Assembly (NCBI GenBank): GCA_002633005.1
Contig: NMRA01000768.1
Location: 1 to 33,201, forward strand
DNA: 33,201 nt
Source of the DNA: Phoronis australis
Taxonomy: Eukaryota > Animalia > Phoronida
Direction of reading: 5' to 3'
Under the pieces are notes generated by a model. It worked only from the letters and a program-made list of their open reading frames with translations, had not been told where the DNA came from and did no database searches. Below are positions 17,604-29,600 of the stretch, piece after piece. Position 1 is the first letter of the stretch. Each line of letters begins with the position of its first letter. The position numbers and the translations under genes were made by a program.

Positions 17604-20600
17604 GTAACCCACATTTTGATTTGAAACCTGCAGCCTCAAACCACTGACGGTATTTAGTGCTCTGAGGTCTGAGGACAGGCTGAGTGGTGTTTCTTCTGCA
17701 GAGGTGTCTGACAGAGACACCTGCCGGCAGAGCAAATTCATGATGAGGATGAAAGCCTGGAGCAAATGTAACCACAAACTGGTATATGAGTATCTATGAT
17801 GTAACCAAATCTAACTCTTAATGAAGATTTTTTGAAACATAACCAGCTGTCAAAAGTCACAAATATGATTGTTAGTAAGAAATAAAACTTCGAGTAGGTA
17901 TTGACTGAACAATTAGCAATAAACAACAAACATGGCAGTGAACAAACAAGAAATTGGGAATACAGAAACGCAAAAATGGAAAAATGTGTTTGAAGCTGTC
18001 ATTCTTCATAAAAAGCATATTTGTAAGTGATATAAATGGTTTTTATTTAAATGTTTATTAGGCGTTGTAGACGTGCTTCCGGTGAATAATGAGCCTCTGT
18101 TAGCCACTTGCAAACGGGCAAATGCCGATTAGCTGAATGGTAATTGGCATGCTTGTCGTTTTTTTGGGTTGCTTGTTCCATTCCCAGGCGGGGTAATCTC
18201 GGCTATTACTACATTACCAAAACTGGATTGAAATCGAGAAAGTGCTAGAAAACATTATAGCATTATATCTGGTCATCTAAATTAAAGGTGATTTTTGTGA
18301 TATTAGATCTGATTATTGCTGCTTCAACTGTATATTGTTTCTTATTACCACGATATGAATTTGCATTATGACGATGTTTGTTTTCATGAACCAATTCACC
18401 GTGCGCTTTACGGTGGTGGGCGGGGATGTCCCGTTTTGTGAAGCTTCTTTCTGCGTCACTCTACATCAAAGTATCCTGCTTTTGGTCGTAACTTCATACG
18501 CATCAATATTTCTAATCACACTGTTGTGTTCTTGTCTAGTTGCTTGCATATGACTTGACTTTCCACAGTGTATATACCCAGGCTGCATTTCCACACAGAC
18601 ATGAAAAAATGTTGCGGGCATGTTGGCATGTTGTTTACCGGGGGTACAGCAGTATTTTTCCCCTAGTGGCATACTGGATCTAGATGTCACGCTAGTTCAC
18701 TTGTAATGTAGGCAACTATAAATTTAGTCTATTATCGGAAGGTTGTCAAAGCAGTTTTGCTCACAGCACTTGGGTCTGTTTCATGAAAAACTGACTAGAC
18801 TTAAAACATAAATTTGGCCTTATGCTCCCATTTCGCAATTGCTGAAGGAATAAATGCTTAGAGTAGCTAGATAGCGCACGAAAGTCTTGAAATACTTTAT
18901 AGAAATTATCTTAGTAACTAGTATTAGTACGTATATTCTCATGGACTGCAGTTTGCTCAAGTGATCAAAGAAGTATCTAACAGAAATTGCTGTGTGATGC
19001 ACACGACTCCAGTTCTGCCCAAGGGTACATACAAGATTACGGAATTGGGAGAAATTTGACTGAACATGCCTTATTCCTGCCAGCTCTTGTGCTGTTCCGG
19101 TACCAGCAACATGCAGTGGTGTATCCACCCATCTAATAGCATAAAGTGACCAGAAAATTTTATTTTAGCCCGTAACACAATCGACTGTCGAATATGGGCC
19201 TTGATTGTGGTTACCCATTAGTACAGTGAAGCGGAAAATAATACAAGTGTCATTGACAACATATACCTTAAAGTGCTGTTAGAACTTGCCCTAATTTTCT
19301 TGTTTTGTTTTTAGAAGCCCGGGTAGAGTTCAGTGACGCTAGGACATCACATGTTGTCAATAAAATACAAGGCAATATCTCATGTAATCTCGCCAAGTCT
19401 TGCTTTTTAGCGAGGTCCTAGAGCGTTCCTGAACTCTACCCTGCTTTGACTGACTAGCATTAAAAAGCAAAAAAGGAACTGGGTTGCAGATGTATAATTT
19501 ATGTCTTAGAATCTGCTATAGTATATAATTTGGTTACTGTAAAAGCTGGTTTATAGGGCCTGCATGGCTTTATATGCTTGGTTTTAAGATGCACATTTTC
19601 GGTTTTATTTGTTATGCTCTTCAGTTCTGCACACAACATGGTCATCGTGCAGAATATTATTCTGCGAAAGTTGTCAACAAACATAAACATTCAGAAAATT
19701 TTACTTTGTTACGATTGTGGCTTGTGTTCAATAATGGATAATGCAGAATATGGTGTTCACTGTTTTCAACAACAGCCTTTGGAATCCAAACAGAACATTT
19801 GATGACCATTTTTTGTGCAAAATTGAAGAAAGGCTACCAACAGCATATTTTTGAATTTATTTGCCAACTATTTACTAATAGTCCTATCTTTGCTTTTCTA
19901 GATTCGATGTTACAGTAAACAGACAACAAAAAACGCAAAGCCTCTTCCACAAGTTGGAAACCAACAACAGTCTTTATTTAAAAAGGTAATTACGCTGCTC
20001 CAAAATGTGTACATTATCACTCTTTCCATTATGTGTGCAAGGTAATCACAACTGGGGTAACTTATAGTAAAATCTCCCGATTTAGGACACAATATGGCGG
20101 TAAGATGAATTTGTTTTTCTCATTTTTTCATAAGTGACATACAGTACCAGTTTGATTCTTTGCCATGTCCAAGTTCTGTACCATAACTATAGCTACCAAA
20201 AGAAATTATTTTGAAAAATTGTGGGGATTCGTAACAATGTTATAAGCCTTTAAAGATGAGGAAGTGCAATTTTAGCACTCATTTTTGTCAGAAAATGGTG
20301 AGATTTAATGGTTACAACGTTAAATGCTTCTCAGGCCTAACGTCTTTGGAAGACTCAGATGTGTAAAAATGTCTTATCAGTTTTCTTTTACTCATGGAAG
20401 AATCTAGAAATCCGTGTTTGTGTTTCAGTTAAAACAAGGGTTGCCAGGCATTCGTAATTGCTTCCACCCTGGAGCGACTACACTCGCCCCGAACCAGTTA
20501 CCCAAGCAGGTTAAGGAAGTGGGAGGCTGGCAGATTGTTCGTGCCATGCTAGAGTATGTCTGGCCGAAAGACAAACCTGCTATACGAGTCCGTGTCGTTA

Positions 20601-23600
20601 TAGCACTTAGTTTACTGGTTGGAGCTAAGGTGTGTATCAAGACTGCAAAGTCATTGTGACTTCTCTTTAAAGCTACAATACTCGGGCATTACGCCAAAAA
20701 CCATCTCTTCATTTAGTCCTTTTGTCATTATACAATTGGTCTTGAATAATCGCTCATTGTTCAAGAAGGGGTTTATGAGTTTGGGTACAGCTGACTTTTC
20801 AACATTTCTTGAGACTGAGCAACAAGTTGGCTTGATCGGAAAGCTTATTTCTTCATTGAGTATGGTATGAAAGCGTAACAAACTGTTGGAAATTACTTCT
20901 AAGCTGACAAAGGAACAAATTGAGACCAGTTTCGTAGCAGTGTGTCGTCCAGTTCAACAGTGTTTTTGTTGGCAGAAGGTTGTACTTTCTATATAAGACA
21001 GAACTAATTGAATTGCCAAGTGTCTACAAAACTTTCTCTTGTCATAAATTGAGAAAAAAAATGTGTGTGATATGACAAAACACCTTGAAACGTTTTCTTT
21101 GAAAATCATCTTGTGTAATGAAATTGTTTTCCAAAAGTAAGGTACTGCAAAGATGGTCCCTTGCGGAATGAGAAAAGTGTTAACTAAGGGAGGCAAGTGC
21201 CTCCTGGTGCTTATTGTCAGCAGTTGTATCCTTTGCTCACTTGGTGACAAGCTATTGCAGAGCCCTAACTCCTGTCAAGGGAAAGGTCTCTGTGTCATCT
21301 GATATGGGATTTTTTTTCGGGTGAGGGGAAACTCCCATACTGCAGTCATACTAATTTAACTAATTTAAATGGGACTGTGTCAGCTAAGAAGTATGTGATC
21401 TTAAACTGGAAGGGAATTTTTGGGCCTGATCAGAGTAATTTTGCAGGATTTTGAAATATATTTTGAAATGTATTTCAGAGTGGAACAGAGCCAATATTTG
21501 ACCCCAAAAATAAGGCATGGAGGGCCCTGTATTGACTATCATTTGTTTTCCAGGTACTAAACGTGCAGGTGCCATTCTTGTTCAAGTATGCGGTGGACTA
21601 TCTCAACGACCCAGACAAATGGTTCAGCTTACACAATGCCCCTACCACCATCTTCACCGTGGCCACGTCCTTACTTCTGGGCTGTAAGTGTTATACAGCA
21701 TCACTTGAGTGGATTGCACCATGATGGTCGTAACAGCCTTCAGCTATTTGTTCTTGCTAATCAGGCACCTTTCATCATGAGCTGCTAGCAAGCCAAAGTT
21801 CATTGCCGTAAAGTTAATGAGTTGTAGAAGCTATCAAAATCAAAGCTCCCAGCAAAGTGGCATTGCTCTCTCGTCAACCGTGGCCATCAATCTCAGCTTG
21901 ATGTATTTTATTCCGTTTCAGATGGTATGGCTCGTGCAGGCTCCGCCCTGTTCAACGAGCTTCGCAATGCCGTGTTCGCCAAAGTAGCACAGAACTCCAT
22001 TCGCCGCGTGGCCAACAACGTGTTCCTTCACTTGCATAATCTGGACTTGAACTTTCACCTCACTAGGCAGACCGGTGCACTGTCTAAGGCTATTGATCGT
22101 GGAACGAGGTATTGAGATGCAGGCCTAGTTTATTGACCTTTTTTATGGTTTGCAAGTGAATTGTGGGAAATTGAGAACTTGTCTGTAGACGATCAATTGC
22201 ATCTCAGCGTTGAGAGATAAATGACTCTATGTCCCATGTATTCAATGGTAACGGTGTGACGAATGACGAAATGGTGAACTAGCAACATCCCATCGATCTC
22301 CAATTTAGGATGTCGGGTAATTTGATGTGCAGACGCCAGCTTACATCCATCTGCGAAAAAGATCCATGCATTCTGTTTATGCTGCCAGAGAGGAATATGA
22401 TTGGCATTAGCTACTCCTTAACCCGCTGTATTATGATTTGAACCAAGTTTTGGGAGGCTGGGTTTTTGCAGCCTTTCCTCAACTTACTTAGTTCTAGTAC
22501 TGTTAACGTGGCCCAGTAAATGTTATGTTCAGTATTAGCAGGCAGTTGCTGGTTCGTTTTGAATTGTTATGGGTATGGTCTCCTAAAGCTTGAGTGCTCA
22601 AATGCGAGATGATCTTTGGATGATGTGAATGTGGTTGCGCAAAGCATATCATTTGTTATTGTATGTTATTGTATCATGGCAGTAAGAAGTAGAAATCTTG
22701 CACACAAAGTTTTCTCCTTCACCATGACTGTGTATTGAATCTTGTTTTCCAATCCTTGTTTTTAGGGGAATCAATTTTGTGCTTAGTGCCTTGGTGTTCA
22801 ATGTAGTTCCAACAATATTTGAAGTCAGCCTTGTCACTGGTATTCTGGTAAGCCCTTTTCTTTTTAAAAATCTTTAAACGCAATTTATGGCGCAAACGAA
22901 ATGCGCGAATGCAGTGAATATTAGTTAAAGCCATTACAATATTCATCAAAAGATGCCAGAAAGACGTACTTTTGATTTAGACTATTTACCTTCACACAAA
23001 ACATTTATGCAGAGTGTTCAAGTTGAAGCTCCATAAAGTAAAACGCCAAGTAGATTCTTATAAAAAGATTTATTTGCTCTACCGTGTGATATTATTTCAA
23101 CTTGTGCCTAAATAAGCGCTGATCACATTTACTTGAAACTTTCACAAACCATGCTTTATGCACAGTTCTTTAAAGCTTTTGTAGAAGTCATTTTTAAAAT
23201 GTTCCACTTTTACATGAGGAGCTATCAAATATAGCATCTGTATGATTTTATGAAAAAATTCATAACAAACTTAGATTTTAGAAATATAATAATAACTGTA
23301 ACATCTATATCACACGGAATTTGGTTACCATGACCCAGTCAATCACTGGGTGGTATAAATTTAGTTATCAAAGTCTACAAGCTTTTTAACTTGAAAAATA
23401 TGTACTTTTACAAGTTTAATTTGTATATTTTTTGGTATTTGAATAGCAAAATGCAAAGTCTAGTTGATAAGGTCCTACATAACCTTGAACCATGTTGCAA
23501 TTTTACATTTATTGCAGTATGTGAAGTGTGGTGTGCAGTTTGCCATGGTGACACTAGGGTGCGTTGGTGCTTATGCTGCATTCACACTGGCTATCACTTC

Positions 23601-26600
23601 ATGGAGGTAAAGCTTCATCTCCTAATACCTGTATTCCAGTTTTGATTACTACAGAGATAGAACTACAGTTGATAAAAAAAGGGATTGAGTAAAACAATAG
23701 TTTGAATTTTATTCTTCTTAGATGTTCATTGCTTATAACAATGAGGTAATTCACACTGCCTAGATTCTGTAATATGTTATAGTTTCTGTTTTTCCCACAG
23801 GACAAGGTTCAGAGTTCAAATGAATAAGGCAGACATGGAAGCAGGCAACAAAGCTATAGACTCACTTATTAATTATGAAACGGTCAAGGTGAGTTGTAGC
23901 GGCCTATGAATGTAGTGTTGGTTCAATGTGTATTTCAGACCTTATTTCTGCGTATTGTAGGGTTTAGTGCACAGCTTCTTGTTGGTGTTTATAACCATAC
24001 AGGACTGCTGATATATCTGTCCACTAATTGGCTAAAGTGAGTACTACAGTATTTATAAGTACTACGTGATGTTGACAAGCTAGTCATTGATTATCATTTT
24101 TCATTTATGCCACTCGGATGTCAGATGTTGCTAATTGTGATCTGACGAGTTATAAGCTACATAAAAAATAAACCTGTGAGCGATGTAAACAAAGTGGGCA
24201 GACGATGACAATTCATCAAAGCTTGTAAAACATTGCCAACAAACTGCCATGGGAGGCCTGCCACACAATCAGTGTCGAGTGGGAAGTGGTCAGAATCTTT
24301 CCAGGAACATTTAACTTCAGGTGGTTGAATTTCGTGAACAATCCGACCAGACATACTGTATGGTTTTCAAAGTGAAATATTGATAAGATGTAGCCTGTGT
24401 GTGAGCATTGCCAGTGAACAACAGTACTACCACTTAATATTGTAAAATATTATCAGATATATTACTAGTATAAAAATCTGTTAAAAATGGCACTGCCTTG
24501 AAACGAAAGAAATCCATCACACTTGATATTTTTATAGCCATGTGACAATTTCAGAGTAATAGTAGTCCTGTCACTGCGCTGAATTGCAAGCCATGTAATA
24601 CTTGGCCTTGGGTTATTTTGTCAGGATGGATTATGTATTTCAACTACCAAGAGGAAAGTAAATCCTACATTTCAGATTCACTCTCGTTAGCATCCGTGGT
24701 CATTCTAATCGGAGGCGAAGAAATTAGATGAAGGAGCCATCAGTAATTGTGTAATAAAACAAATATAACCCAAGCCCACGGGCATATTGAGTCATGTGGA
24801 CTTAGGGAGGTCAATAATATTCTGTCTTGGTCACAAGGACTGACATCAACCTCTTGGCAGGTTCATATTTGAATAGTGTCTTAAAAAATTTTACATCTAG
24901 CGCCTTTTTCTAGAAGTTTCTGGGAAACAATGAGTCTATATAAGCGCAAGAAGTCGCCCACACAATTTGTCTGCTAATGCAAATTTGTAGCATGTTGTAC
25001 TCAACCCATGGTCTGAAGGTTTAAGTTTGGCCATTCCTAGTGTTGGCTCTTTACAATTTCTCCACATTATTTGGTGTGCATTCGAACTTGTCGTTTTTCT
25101 TTGCTAAGGACGTTTTCTGCAAGATTTTTCCACTCAAATGTCCTGCATTTAGCAGCATATTTTTTAAAAAAATAAACCACTGAACCGTTTTATTTCGTAC
25201 TGTGACACTGGCACTCTGGGTGAAATGAAAAGGTTAGAGGGTAATGGTCTGATATAACATGCCCGAATTTTGAGAACCAGTTTTTTCTACTGAATAAGTG
25301 GCATCAAACTGGTTCTCAAAATACAGGAACGTTATATCCGACTATTGCTGGTTAGAATAATGGTTAAATCCTATAATTTTAAACATTGCTTTATTTTTAA
25401 GAAAGCCTTCATCCTGATAATAAAATAACATTCAGTTCCCACACAAATGTCCCACATATAGACGCATGCGCATGAGTTCCACAATTAGGCTCAGCTCCAC
25501 AGTCTGGCTCATGTGCTCAGTTATGGGATTATACAAAGTCATTAGAATTAACTTTTTTTCTCTATCGCAGTACTTCAACAATGAGCAGTTTGAAGTGGAA
25601 CGTTATGACAAGGTGCTGCGTAAATACGAAGCGGCGTCGCTAAAGACCACCACCAGCCTGGCCCTGCTCAACTGGGGACAGAACGCCATCTTCAGCACCG
25701 GTCTCACCGTCATTATGTTACTGGCGGCGCAGGGCATCGAGACTGGTAAGTTTATGGCGATATGTGTTAAAGGGACACTGAACCCTATTTTGGTGATTTC
25801 AACCAGTCCTCGTTCTGTCACCTGCTACTGTGCCAATGGCATCCTATCCATAACAGTAAAAGCAGGATTCAACTAAAATCTCAAACTTGCATATAGGATG
25901 TTAGGGTTCTTGGTACCAGGTGGTCTTTCCCTACAGTTGCCGTGGTTATGCTTGCCCGTTTAGTAGACTTTGTAAGGAGTTTTCAAATTTGGCTTTTGAG
26001 GGTTATTGAGGGTTACATAACATTTTGTTTCAGAAAATTACATTTCAAAGTCATTCTGTTAATAGGCCAAACCCATTTGGTATTCTTTTAAATTGGTTTG
26101 ACTTCAGGCTATGTTGTTCTGTACTGTGTTAAAGTCACACATAGCGATAACTAGGTCAATGTCAAAGTCAGCAATTTCAAATTCAGGCTAGCCTTGGATG
26201 CAATCGGTGAACTCCAGGTGGTACCCCATAACCCATCAATGAACTCTGCTTAGTCCATGATATATTCTCCTTAACTTGCGAATGCTGACTCATTGTAACT
26301 CAATTTACCTTTAGTATTAATTTGCTTCATTTATTCCCAGGTGCGCTGACCGTTGGTGACTTGGTGATGGTCAATGGTCTGCTCTTCCAGCTGTCCATTC
26401 CTCTCAACTTCTTAGGCTCCGTCTACAGGGAGGTGCGACAGTCTGTGATTGACATGCAGACCATGTTCAACTTGCTCACACTTCGCTCTAGTGTTCAGGT
26501 GAGAAGCAGACTACACATGCCAAGCGATTACCATTATCTCTATTTTTCAAAGGGTTTTCACAAATGCTCAACAGATTTTTACCCCATGTTATTTAATGGA

Positions 26601-29600
26601 AGCTTCTCATTCTATGTTAAAACTTCTTCAATTTAGAACAGAGTATTGTGGAACAGTGGAAGCTTACTTTAATTATCAACAGTGGATCAGCCCAGTTGTA
26701 TTGCAAAGCACGCAGTGACAATCCTAGTATTGTTTGCGATGCTGTGAACATTTAAAAAGTGCAAAAATGGCAATTTCTAGAGGTAATTCCTTTGAATTTC
26801 AAGAACATAACCAGGGGTGGAAACGATTTCGTGGCCAGGTCTCAAAATTCCAGTTTCATTCCCTAAACCCCAGTCCTAAACCAGCAATAACCAATGCTGC
26901 AGTTCGACTTTCAGATTTGTGCCCCTAAAGTACACACATACGCTGAAAATTACTTTAAATAGGAACGAAACTCGAGTCCCGGGTCTCAGAGACTGAGTGA
27001 GGAATCTGGTCACCCGTTTGCAGGTTTTGGACTTTAGTCACCGGGTATTAGCATTTTCAGCATGCCTGTAGGGTTTAGGGATGTAGGTTTGGTGTTCACT
27101 GGTCTGAATTCATAGTTTAGTGGTCATGATTGGAATTGAGAGGCGCAGCTATGTAATCGCTTCCACCCCCTGTTAAATATACATGGTGACCACATATGCG
27201 TTAACCTGTTTTTGGGTTTACTATAGTCATAAAGACTACAATTATTGCTTTTGGATTTCATTAGAGCTTACACAGACTCACAGTGAAGCCAAAATACAAT
27301 TAAATACAAAGTGCCAGTTACCCCGAAATGTGGGTTCCTTGTAAAACTAATATCAAATTAGTTGGAAACACGCATTTTAAAGTTTAGTTTGCCATAATCA
27401 TGTTATCTGAACCCTTTGTATATCAGTTTACTGAGTGCTATTTTTGGCTTGCAACAAGTATAAATTGACTGTTTGTCATTGGTCGTACCTACAGGATAAA
27501 CCTGGTGCTAAGGAGCTTTCGGTCACGCACGATGCGTCTTCCGTCACATTTGAGAACGTCTGGTTTGAGTACACCAAGGGCAAGCCTATATTACAAGACC
27601 TATCTTTCACTGTACCGAGTGGGAAGAAGGTGGCCATTGTTGGAGGCAGCGGGTCAGGGTAAGATTTCATGGTTAGATCATGAACCTGTTAATAGAAACT
27701 TCAGTTGGTGTCCTGGTTGGAGGAAACTGGTTGTAGTAAATGTTTGAATGAGACGCGTGTTAGGGTTAGGACACATAATGGTATGCCAACGTAACGAATG
27801 TCTTTTAGTATAAAGCCTATACAACTATGTATTTTCAAAATTCTTGATGATCACAGAATTTTACTAAGAGTACAAAAGCAATGCCCAGGTGTTCGTGGAG
27901 ACAAGATTGTATATTGCTAAAAAATTGTGATTTATCATGGAGATTGGTGTATTTTTCGCAAGCATGATTTTTTCACATGAAACTTATGTAAATTATGTTT
28001 CTTTATTCTAATTGCTAAAAAGGACACTCAGGGATACTCTTTTAGGCCTTTTAGCCTGAGAGGAATGTATGTCTTCAATTTTGACAATGGAGTTTTTAAG
28101 GTAAAAATTCTTAAAAGAAAATCTCATCCAATAGAATAGAGGAACAGAATTTTCAAGTTTCATTAAATAATCATGTCTGTGGAAATTACACAATCGTTGT
28201 GAAAAGATTTTTAGATAGATGCTGTACCTTAACGCACTAACAGATTTTGTTGAGTTTTAATTTAGAAATTGGTCCCGTCATAAATAGACGCTGCTATAGT
28301 TTATGGAATACCATTATCAAGACAGTTGCATAACAGTCAGTTAGATGTAGCCAAATGTGTGTAGCCAAATGTTGTTATGGTTTGCACTATTTTCTAGGAA
28401 ATCCACAATAGTGCGTCTGCTCTACCGTTTCTTCGACCCTCAGAGTGGTAACATTAAAATAAATGGTCAAGATCTGGAAGACGTCACATTGAGTAGTACG
28501 AGGAAAGCTATCGGTGTGGTACCTCAGGTGAACTGGGAAAGGCATTTTAAACTAACTACAAACCCGCAATTCATCAAAGAAATTACCTTTAACGACCTCA
28601 TGGAAATAAGTGCTGGGGTGTTATTGTTTGTGGCTGCACAAAATGACCTTCTGTGATGAGCCTGTTCTCAGGGCATTGGTGACCTGTCTAATTTTATTAG
28701 GGCCACTTTCATAACAGTATTTAATAGAAGGTAGTTTTTATGACTGAAGTTGTGTTTACAGCCCCTTTAAGGAAGTCATGAGGTAGTAATAAGCCAATGT
28801 GTGGGTCATTCATTTGTTGGTGGTGCAGAGATTCGCTTTTTCTCGCTGTCTGCTCAGATTTTTTTTCTTAATTCTGTTGATGCACCAATGTTGTAAGATA
28901 ATGCTGAGGATGGATATATTAGAAATTTTCTGCTATTTTTCATTTATTGTATGTGGATAGGAATTTCTTGTGCACCCGGCAACACAGAAAGCGTTTAAAA
29001 TGTAGATCATGTTTAATAAGTAGAGCAAAAATAATTTTCCTTGATAACATAAACAATGGATATGCAGGGGCTGCTGAGTAATGTATATTAGGTTGCAGTG
29101 ATAGATTTGGGGGATGCAGGGTTAGTGGCTCCTCTCCTTCCCCTTGGCCACCTAAAAATAAGTAAATAGTAAAAATGACATGGAAATAGGTTTCAGCATT
29201 TATTGTGTTGTACATAATCTTGAGCAGATGTCACAAAATGAAAAGTGTTGGTATCCTAGATCTGACACTGGATTGGTTGTCTGGAATAGATTAATACGTA
29301 CTAGTGAAATGAATTAGTCGAGTGAATGAAGATGTTCCCGGCCATGTGCTGGTGAGAAATCCAAGGGCTTATTCACTACTGTTTGAGATGCGGTTCAGCT
29401 CAATTAGGCTATTGATTTTCATTCTTAGGACTCAGTTTTGTTCCACAATGACATCTTCTATAACCTGCAATACGGGGATATCCACGCACCTAAGGAGGCG
29501 GTCATTGAGGCTGCCAAGATGGCTGACATTCATGACACCATCATGAACTTCCCAGAACAGTATAACACACCGGTGGGTGAGAGAGGAATGAAACTCTCGG

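Noticed and set aside
17741-17800. C/D box snoRNA (TGATGA box C)
   Set aside because: No suitably placed box D with a terminal stem or recognisable rRNA guide
25466-25876. 136-aa ORF as an independent gene
   Set aside because: Only 25571-25745 is ABCB7 exon 9; the flanks are open by chance
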